From: an uncultured Opitutales bacterium
GTDB taxonomy: Bacteria; Verrucomicrobiota; Verrucomicrobiia; Opitutales; Intestinicryptomonadaceae
Assembly: GCA_934613415.1 (NCBI GenBank)
Contig: CAKTSY010000003.1
Coordinates: 90,001-122,000 of the forward strand
Length of the DNA: 32,000 bases
Direction of reading: 5' to 3'
Positions within the stretch are counted from its first letter, which is position 1. Each line of letters starts with the position of its first letter. The notes below the pieces were generated by a model that was given only the letters and a program-made list of their open reading frames with translations, was not told where the DNA came from and made no database searches. Shown piece by piece: positions 17,059-24,196 of the stretch. The position numbers and the translations under genes were made by a program.

Positions 17059-18345
17059 TTATTTTTTAAGGCTTAAGTGTTTCAGGATAAATTCGTGCTC
17101 TTGTTTAAAGAATTCGGGTGTTCTGTCGTGCGGGGTGTTCTGCATTGTCATATACGACTTTTTGCCGCCGTAGTTGTTGTACATTGCCATTATAGAGCTT
17201 GGCGAACACGTTTCGTCTAACAGGCCTATGGCTACAAACATTTCGGCTTTCGCCTTTGCGCCCAGCAATGCCATATCAAAATATTTCGAAATTTCGTTTG
17301 TTTCGCTTTGGCGTTTGTCGTTTACCCAATAAGGCCAGGCCGACCTGCGGTCTTTGTTTACGCTGCCCAAGTCGCACATTGCGGGAGCCGCAGGACAAAT
17401 CGCGGTAACTTTGTTCGACAAATACGCGGCCATTATCGACTGCGCGCCGCCTTGGCTAAAGCCGCGAACTACAAAATGTTTTTTGTCGAAATTCGGATGG
17501 CTTTCTATTGCGCATAAAACGGCGTATAGCCTTTTAAACATTCCGTAAAAATAAATTTGGGTTGGGTCGCCGTCTTTTACGCCTATTTGGTTGTAGCGTT
17601 TCAATACGCCGTTTCGCGCCGAATTTATTTCGTCGGCAGAGGCATTGTAAAAGAAAGGATGCGGGTTAAGTGTTACGCTTAATGCGCCAAGTTTTGCATA
17701 TTTTATGGCATCGTGCATATTTGCCGAAAATGTTCCCGCCCCGTATACCGTAAGCATGGCGGGCAGCTTTTTAGAGCCTTTGGGTTTTGCCAAATAGCCC
17801 GAAGCCCTTACGGGGTTTGCAGAGCCCAACTCGCCGCCGCCCAAATCTATCACGTAGCCGTAAAGCTCTACTAAGCCCTCGTCCCTAATTTTTGTAAGCG
17901 AAAACTTAAGCTGATATTTCGAAAGCTCTTTTTTTGCATTGTTCCAAAATTCGTCGGCATCTTCAGCTGGCGTGTTGGCGGGCAAAATCTTTTCGGGGGA
18001 AACCAGCACACCGTTTCCGTTTAGGTGCTTTTTCGCCGCAGGCGAATTTTTTTCGACAGCGTTTTCGGCGGTAAATATAACCGCGCCGCACTCTTTGGGC
18101 AAAACCGAAGCCTTGCCCGATTCCAACGAGCCTTCGGCCGCCTTATAGCCGTTTATTTTTGCCGACCACGAAGCGGTTTTAGGACAGTCTTGCACCGTAA
18201 ATTCCACGGGGCTGCCCGCAGTTGCTATATCGTTTTTTGCGTTGTTTTTAACCGATATTTCGGCGTTAAGTGTAAACGCGACAAAAACGAACGCTGTTAG
18301 CGAAAATATGTATTTTTTTGTTTTTAGAAAAGTCATCATATACAT
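17059..18345 (-). CDS. Secreted acetyl esterase of the AXE1/CE7-like alpha/beta-hydrolase family
   Basis: N-terminal hydrophobic signal, then a roughly 130-aa beta-sandwich-like region. Nucleophile elbow GFSQGG. The block GLLDETCSPSSIMAMYNNY matches the CE7 signature GLxDxxCPPS..A.YN, and a His lies near the C-terminus (TPHD). The start could be any of M1, M3 or M4. Confidence 0.65.
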   Translation of the reverse strand: MYMMTFLKTKKYIFSLTAFVFVAFTLNAEISVKNNAKNDIATAGSPVEFTVQDCPKTASWSAKINGYKAAEGSLESGKASVLPKECGAVIFTAENAVEKNSPAAKKHLNGNGVLVSPEKILPANTPAEDADEFWNNAKKELSKYQLKFSLTKIRDEGLVELYGYVIDLGGGELGSANPVRASGYLAKPKGSKKLPAMLTVYGAGTFSANMHDAIKYAKLGALSVTLNPHPFFYNASADEINSARNGVLKRYNQIGVKDGDPTQIYFYGMFKRLYAVLCAIESHPNFDKKHFVVRGFSQGGAQSIMAAYLSNKVTAICPAAPAMCDLGSVNKDRRSAWPYWVNDKRQSETNEISKYFDMALLGAKAKAEMFVAIGLLDETCSPSSIMAMYNNYGGKKSYMTMQNTPHDRTPEFFKQEHEFILKHLSLKK

Positions 18346-18487
18346 TTGTTTTTGTTAAAGACCTAAAACTAGCAAGCAAATGTGACAAATTCAAGCATTT
18401 TAACAAAGCTAAACTTAACTTACATAAAAAACACAAAAGCCTGTAAACTAAAAAAGCAAATGTTTTCTTAAAAAAAACCTCCTTAAT

Positions 18488-19864
18488 TTACATCGACGAT
18501 TTCCTTGCCGTATATTTCAAAGACTCTGCAATTTCGGGAAGGGCTTTGTCTTTCTTGCAGTAAATTGCCCTCGCAATCTTTCTTATAGAGGGTCTGAAAT
18601 ACTCGAAAACAACCGCGCTTGCAACGCATATTGCGCCCGCCACAAAAAGTACCCACTCCATACCGAACAGCTTCGACAAATATCCCTGCAAAAGACTGCC
18701 CAAAGGCTGCATACCGAAAAAGCATATTGTAAAAAGACTCATAATGCGCCCTCTTTTGTTGTCGTCTACCAAGCTCTGCAAAAGCGTGTTGCACGAAGCC
18801 GTTGTAGCTATAAGCCCGAAACCCATGGGCACGCAAAAAAAGTATGTTAAAGGCATATTGCCGGAAAGCGAAACAACCATAATGCCAACCCCCAACATAC
18901 CCGACGAAAGCGTTATAAGCTTGCCCAAACCCAACACGCTTTTTCGCGACGCCAAATATAGGGAAGCCGCCAAAGAGCCCAAACCTATAAGGCTCATCAT
19001 ATTGCCCAAGATTTCGCTGCCGCCGCCAAAGCGGTCTACAAAGGCGGGCAAAAGCATCGGTAGCGGCGCTCCCCAAAAGCAAACAGTTGCAAGCAAAATA
19101 AGCAAAGCCCTAATCGGCAAAACCGACTTTGCATACGAAATACCCTCTTTTATCTGCTCTATTGCATTTGCATTCGACACCCCGTGCGGTTTTGTGTCGG
19201 CGTTAATCATAAACAGGGCAATTAGTGTAGCCCAATAGGTTATAAAATTTATTGTAAAGCACGCCGTTTCGCCAACAGTTGCCACAATAACGCCGCCTAC
19301 GGCAGGGCCTATAAATTTTGTTCCGTTAATGGCCGTGGCATTCAGTGCAATGGCGTTGCTTAAGTCTTCGGGGGGAACAAGCTTCGAGTATATCGACTGC
19401 CTTGTAGGGGCGTCGAAGCTAACCGTTATGCCGAATGCGAGCGAAATTGCCAAAATCCAAAAAAGGTTAACAAAGCCCGTATATGTAAGCACAGCCAGCA
19501 ACGCCGACATAACCATAAACGCCGACTGCGTGCACAGCAAAACCTTTTTGCGGTCGAACCTGTCGGCAACAACGCCCGCAAAGGGGGTTACAAACAAAAC
19601 CGGAATTTGCGTTAAAAACACCGACAAGCTAAGCAGAAAAACCGAATCTGTAATTTTATAAACCAAATAGCCCATTGCAACCTGCTGCATCCACGAGCCC
19701 AAAAGGGTTATAAACTGCCCCGAAAAATACAGCGCAAAATTGCGGTTGCGCAACGCTTTAAACGTGTATTTAAAGATTGCCGCATTGCGGGGTATAAGCT
19801 CTTTTATGCCTACTTTCCCCCATCGGTATGCGTGTTGCGGTGTGTTGTTGTTGCTGTATTTCAT
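18488..19864 (-). CDS. MFS transporter (MFS_3 / EntS-like subfamily)
   Basis: About 12 predicted hydrophobic helices. The N-terminal segment NRNFALYFSGQFITLLGSWMQQVAMGYLVY...ADRFDRKKVL is typical of the transmembrane-secretion-effector (MFS_3) group. Confidence 0.78.
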   Translation of the reverse strand: MKYSNNNTPQHAYRWGKVGIKELIPRNAAIFKYTFKALRNRNFALYFSGQFITLLGSWMQQVAMGYLVYKITDSVFLLSLSVFLTQIPVLFVTPFAGVVADRFDRKKVLLCTQSAFMVMSALLAVLTYTGFVNLFWILAISLAFGITVSFDAPTRQSIYSKLVPPEDLSNAIALNATAINGTKFIGPAVGGVIVATVGETACFTINFITYWATLIALFMINADTKPHGVSNANAIEQIKEGISYAKSVLPIRALLILLATVCFWGAPLPMLLPAFVDRFGGGSEILGNMMSLIGLGSLAASLYLASRKSVLGLGKLITLSSGMLGVGIMVVSLSGNMPLTYFFCVPMGFGLIATTASCNTLLQSLVDDNKRGRIMSLFTICFFGMQPLGSLLQGYLSKLFGMEWVLFVAGAICVASAVVFEYFRPSIRKIARAIYCKKDKALPEIAESLKYTARKSSM

Positions 19865-19872
19865 CGTTCAAT

Positions 19873-19920
19873 AAAAAAACGGCATATCGAAAGTTTGGAT
19901 AAGTCGAAACGCCGTTTTTT
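19873..19920. terminator. Strong hairpin with an A-run and a T-run (topB terminator) abutting the MFS start
   Basis: CGGCATATCGA (19880-19890) pairs with TCGAAACGCCG (19904-19914): 11 bp with one wobble and one mismatch, 13-nt loop. It is flanked by A7 (19873-19879) and T6 (19915-19920). Confidence 0.65.
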
Positions 19921-19943
19921 GCAAATTAAATATATGGCAAAAG

Positions 19944-22538
19944 TTATTCTGCGTCGGCCTTTTTTACCCTTTTTACCGTGCTTTTCTTTGCGGGTTTTTT
20001 TGCAGTTGCCTTTGCAGCCTTCTTTTCGCCCGCGGGCTTTGCCGCCCTGGGCAAGAATTCAAAAGACACCCCGCCCTTTTCGTTCAAGACCAAAAATGCC
20101 GAAAACTTTTTGTTTGTGCGCTTCGACACAAAGTCTTCTATAAGGGGTGTTTTGCCCTTTTCTATAAGCTCTTTAACTTCGCTATTTTCGAATTTATGCG
20201 AAAGCATTGTTTTGCTTAGCCTGAAAGCGTCTTTTAAAATTGCGCCGTCTTTTACGCATACATACGAAGTTGGCGTTTCGACAACAACCGAGCCTTCGCC
20301 GTTTTTAATCGAGCTGGGGCATTTCCCCAAAACTTCGGCGGTTGAAATATCGAAATCGGCGGGAGTTTGCTCTGCCGAAGTTTCCTTGGAATTTGGGAAC
20401 TCGAATTTTATCTTTAGGCTGTCGTCTATATAAAGGCTGGCATCGTAGGGTTTGCCGGTTTTATTGCTTTTAAAGCCTGTAAGCGGGCCAATCCTTTTAT
20501 TTACTACCAATTCTCTAACTTCGTCTTTAGACAATTTTCGGTTGCCTATTGTCTTGTAGATTTGAAATAGACCGTCTTTTGATTTGTACGACCTAAAAGT
20601 TTCAAGCAATGTACCGTCTCCCGAAGGGGAGGGAATGTCGGTGGGCTGAACGTCCGCATCGGCCTCGTTAAAATTTTTTGTGACTTCGACAATATGCGTA
20701 GTCATATCGGATATTCCGTGCATAAAATCTTTTCTTGTTAGTTCTTTTTTCTCGATAAGCCTGAGTTTATGCTCCCAGTCTCCCGTAAGGGCGGGGCTTG
20801 TAAGCTCGTTAACCCCAACGGTTTTAAGAAATGTTATAAATGTTTGCGCTTTAACGGTAGGCAACAAGTCGCGCTTTTGTCTTTCCACAAATTTGTGGGA
20901 TATAAGCGTTTCGATAATCTGCGCGCGCGTGGCGGGCGTACCCAAGCCCTTTTCCTTCATAGCTTCGGCAAGTTCCTCGTCGTCTACAAGTTTGCCCGCC
21001 GTTTCCATCGCGGTAAGCAAAGTAGCCTCCGTATAGCGCGGGGGAGCTTTTGTAAACTCCTCCTCTATTCTGCCTTCGCCTACTGCGGCGTTTTCGCTGT
21101 CGGCAGTCAAAGCAGGCAAAATGGCGGTATTTTCGCCTTTTTTGCCCGAATTGTCGTCGGCAATGTCGTCTACAGACTGTTTGTTGTAAACCTCCAAAAA
21201 GCCCGCCGACTTTAAAACCTTGCCTTCGCTTTTAAAAAGGTGGCCGTCGCAAGATGTAGAGCGCACGGTAACATCGAAAACCGCTTCGGGATAGAACGCC
21301 GCAATGAACCTGCGGGCAATCATATCGTAAATCTTGGCTTCGTCGGGGCTAAGTTTGCCCGAGTTAAGCCCTGTCGGGATTATTGCAAAGTGGTCGCTTA
21401 CCTGCTTGTTGTTGAAAATCTTTTTATTGAAAAAGTTTACATACTTTTCGTCTAACGCGCGCTGCGCAAAGGGTTTGTATTCGCCCTGCAAAGACGAAAG
21501 CGTGCGCAATACCACGTTGCCGTAGTCTTCGGGCAAAGCCCTAGAATCGGTACGCGGATACGTTACCATTTTGTGCTTTTCGTACAGGCTTTGCGTTAGG
21601 CTTAGCGTTTTGCCAGCGGGGAAGGAAAACCTGTTGTTTGCCTCCCTCTGCAAAGTGGTTAAGTCGTACAGGCGCGGAGCTGCGCGTTTAGATTGCGTTT
21701 TCTTGTCGGTGGCAACAACGCTTTTGGCATTCAAAGCTTCGTTTAGGATTTTTTCTGCCTGTGCATAGTCCCAAACGCGGTCTGCCTTGTCGGGAGAATC
21801 TTTGTCGGCCTTAAAGTCGGGCTTAATGTATACACCGGTATATTCGCCGTTTGCCACTTTAAAGTCCGCCAAAATTTTCCAAAACTTTTTGGGTTGAAAT
21901 GCGTCTATTTGCTCTTGGCGTTCGACAATCATTGCAAGAGTAGGCGTTTGAACGCGGCCTACGCTTACCATTTCCTTTACGCGGCTGCCGTACATTCGGG
22001 TGGTTACCGCCCTTGTTCCGTTTATGCCAATAAGCCAGTCGGCCTCGCTTCTGCAGCGGGCTGCGTCTTGCAGCGACTCCATTTCGTCTTGGCTTCGCAG
22101 ATTTGCAAAAGCCTCTCTAATGGCGTCGGGCGTCATCGAAGAAAACCACAAACGCATACGCTGTTTCTTGCATTTGCAGATTTCGTAAACGTATGTAAAG
22201 ATAAGTTCGCCCTCCCTACCCGCATCGCACGCGTTATACAACACATCTATGTCGGGTCGGCTCATAAGCGATTTTAAAGACTTTAGCTTTGGCTTTGTCT
22301 TTTCAATCGCCTTAAGGGTGAATTTTTCGGGAATGATGGGCAAGGTAGCCATACTCCAGCGGGCGTATTTTTTGTCGATATCGGCGGGCATGCAAAGTTC
22401 GACAAGATGGCCGACTGCCGACGAAACGACAAACTCGTCGTTTTCGTAGTAGTCGTCTACTTTGCGCATCTTGCCAAGCACGCGCGCTATATCGGCGGCA
22501 ACGCTGGGTTTTTCGGCTATAACAAGCTTTTTCATCAA
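19944..22538 (-). CDS. topB: DNA topoisomerase III (type IA) with C-terminal repeats and a Lys-rich tail
   Basis: Toprim start KLVIAEKPS and the acidic cluster DAGREGE. Active-site Tyr motif VTYPRTDSR. Two C-terminal repeat units resemble the topoisomerase C-terminal repeat (..GPLTGFKSNKTGKPYDASLYI.. and ..IEDFVSKRTNKKFSAFLVL..). The tail is KKAAKATAKKPAKK. Length is 864 aa. Confidence 0.9.
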   Translation of the reverse strand: MMKKLVIAEKPSVAADIARVLGKMRKVDDYYENDEFVVSSAVGHLVELCMPADIDKKYARWSMATLPIIPEKFTLKAIEKTKPKLKSLKSLMSRPDIDVLYNACDAGREGELIFTYVYEICKCKKQRMRLWFSSMTPDAIREAFANLRSQDEMESLQDAARCRSEADWLIGINGTRAVTTRMYGSRVKEMVSVGRVQTPTLAMIVERQEQIDAFQPKKFWKILADFKVANGEYTGVYIKPDFKADKDSPDKADRVWDYAQAEKILNEALNAKSVVATDKKTQSKRAAPRLYDLTTLQREANNRFSFPAGKTLSLTQSLYEKHKMVTYPRTDSRALPEDYGNVVLRTLSSLQGEYKPFAQRALDEKYVNFFNKKIFNNKQVSDHFAIIPTGLNSGKLSPDEAKIYDMIARRFIAAFYPEAVFDVTVRSTSCDGHLFKSEGKVLKSAGFLEVYNKQSVDDIADDNSGKKGENTAILPALTADSENAAVGEGRIEEEFTKAPPRYTEATLLTAMETAGKLVDDEELAEAMKEKGLGTPATRAQIIETLISHKFVERQKRDLLPTVKAQTFITFLKTVGVNELTSPALTGDWEHKLRLIEKKELTRKDFMHGISDMTTHIVEVTKNFNEADADVQPTDIPSPSGDGTLLETFRSYKSKDGLFQIYKTIGNRKLSKDEVRELVVNKRIGPLTGFKSNKTGKPYDASLYIDDSLKIKFEFPNSKETSAEQTPADFDISTAEVLGKCPSSIKNGEGSVVVETPTSYVCVKDGAILKDAFRLSKTMLSHKFENSEVKELIEKGKTPLIEDFVSKRTNKKFSAFLVLNEKGGVSFEFLPRAAKPAGEKKAAKATAKKPAKKSTVKRVKKADAE

Positions 22539-22552
22539 TCCCGAAAGATAAA

Positions 22553-23632
22553 CTACTTAATAAATTCGGGCAAAACCGAGTCCAAAGCGGCTATCAATTC
22601 TTCGATAGTTTCCTTTGTTTCGTCGCCCATATTGGAAATGCGGAAAGTTGTTCCCTTAATTTTTCCGTAGCCGCCGTTTATTATCATACCCGTGCGCTTC
22701 TTTAATTCGGAAACAAAGCCCGCCATATCAATGTTAAGGTTGTTCTTAAAGCAGTTTAGCGTTACCGAAGAGTATTTTTCTTCGGGGAAAAGCTCGAAGC
22801 CCTTCGAATAGCCCCAGTCGCGAACCATCTTGTTTGTGGCAATGTGGCGCGCATATCTGTGTTCTAGGCCTTCGGCAAAGATTTCGTCTAGCTTGCTTTT
22901 CAAAGCCAAAATTAGCGAGATTACGGGAGTAGACGGGGTCATACCCTTTTCGTAGTTCTTTTGGAATTCCAAAAAGTCGAAGTAGTAGCCGCGGTTGGGA
23001 ACTTCTTTGGCTCTGTCCAAAGCCTTTTGCGAAACCGAGCAAAACGACAGTCCCGGGGGAATTGCCAATGCCTTTTGGCAGCCCGTTACCATAACGTCTA
23101 TGCCCAATTCGTCTTTCTTAATGGGCATTGCCGAGAAAGAGCTTACCGTGTCGATAATAGAAACAACGTCGGGGAACTGCCTTATAACTTCCATAAGCGA
23201 TTTAATGTCGCTCATTGTCCCTGTAGAAGTTTCGTTGTGGATAATGGTAATGGCGTCGTATTTGCCGGTCGACAATTCTTTGCGAACCGCTTCGGGGTCT
23301 ACGGGTTTACCCCAGTCGAAAGAAAGAAGAGTTGCCTCTTTGCCGTTGCGCTTTGCAACGTCGTACCACTTGTCGGAGAACGAACCGTTGCCGCAGTTTA
23401 ACACAGCCTTTTTGCAGACGTTGTTTATTGCGCCTTCCATTACGCCCCACGAGCTGCTTGTGCTAAGATATACGGGGTCGTTCGTATAGAACAACTGTTT
23501 AAGCAAAGGCTGTATGCCGTTGTACAAGGCAACAAATTCCTTGCTGCGGTGCCCCATAATGGGGGTTGTCATAGCCTTATAGGTCTTTTCAGATACCTGA
23601 ATGGGACCGGGAATGAATAGTTTTTCTTTCAT
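22553..23632 (-). CDS. Class V pyridoxal-phosphate aminotransferase (serine-pyruvate / alanine-glyoxylate aminotransferase family)
   Basis: N-terminal FIPGPIQVS and the PLP-lysine context VTGCQKALAIPPGLS. Length is 359 aa. Confidence 0.8.
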   Translation of the reverse strand: MKEKLFIPGPIQVSEKTYKAMTTPIMGHRSKEFVALYNGIQPLLKQLFYTNDPVYLSTSSSWGVMEGAINNVCKKAVLNCGNGSFSDKWYDVAKRNGKEATLLSFDWGKPVDPEAVRKELSTGKYDAITIIHNETSTGTMSDIKSLMEVIRQFPDVVSIIDTVSSFSAMPIKKDELGIDVMVTGCQKALAIPPGLSFCSVSQKALDRAKEVPNRGYYFDFLEFQKNYEKGMTPSTPVISLILALKSKLDEIFAEGLEHRYARHIATNKMVRDWGYSKGFELFPEEKYSSVTLNCFKNNLNIDMAGFVSELKKRTGMIINGGYGKIKGTTFRISNMGDETKETIEELIAALDSVLPEFIK

Positions 23633-23658
23633 ATGTGTTGGTTGGTGTGGTTTGTAAT

Positions 23659-24030
23659 TTAGAATAAAGTGTTAAGCTTTTTAATTACTTTGGTGTTGTT
23701 TTCGGCCAAAGTAGCCGTTCTGGGAACCCAGTTTTCGGCGTCTTTTTCGTCTATTTGGGCAAACGACATAATAACAAGCAAGTCGCCCACTTTGCCTAGA
23801 TGGGCTGCGGCTCCGCGAATGGAGAACGTTTTGCTGCCCGCTTCGGCGGGAATTGCATAAGTTTCGAACCTTGTGCCCGAATTTATGTTGCCCACAAGAA
23901 TTTTTTCGTACGGGTGCATGCCCACGAGCTTCATCAAATCAATATCTATGGCCAACGAGCCCTCGTAGTCTACCCTTACTTCGGTTGTAGTTGCACGCAA
24001 CAACTTACTTTTTAGAACCTGAATTTTCAT
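23659..24030 (-). CDS. panD: Aspartate 1-decarboxylase (pyruvoyl-dependent)
   Basis: Collinear with remembered PanD: SKLLRATTT, the self-cleavage site YEGS, RFETYAI, GAAAH, VGDLLVI. Length is 123 aa. AAGGAG lies upstream of the ATG. Confidence 0.9.
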   Translation of the reverse strand: MKIQVLKSKLLRATTTEVRVDYEGSLAIDIDLMKLVGMHPYEKILVGNINSGTRFETYAIPAEAGSKTFSIRGAAAHLGKVGDLLVIMSFAQIDEKDAENWVPRTATLAENNTKVIKKLNTLF

Positions 24031-24114
24031 TTAACTCCTTTTATGGTTATGAAAATCTACAACTAATATACTTAGGGGGCTTTTCGTCAACTTTTATTTT
24101 GAACGGCGTTTTGC

Positions 24115-24137
24115 TACCCCGTAGGGGTAATTTTTTT
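24115..24137 (+). terminator. Plus-strand-oriented intrinsic terminator hairpin in the recQ-panD gap
   Basis: TACCCC-GTA-GGGGTA (24115-24129) is followed by A plus T7 (24130-24137) on the + strand only. There is no U-tract in the minus orientation. Confidence 0.5.
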
Positions 24138-24196
24138 AAAAGGCAAAGGCTGCGCGCCCAGCTTCGGGCAAAATAAATACAAAAACGCAAGCCAAG

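Noticed and set aside
23659-24030. PanD deviations from the E. coli sequence (Leu in place of His11, IRGAAA instead of VNGAAA)
   Set aside because: The cleavage site (YEGS), Lys9 and Thr57-Tyr58 equivalents are intact. Without an alignment of the wider family I cannot tell lineage-typical variation from functional change.
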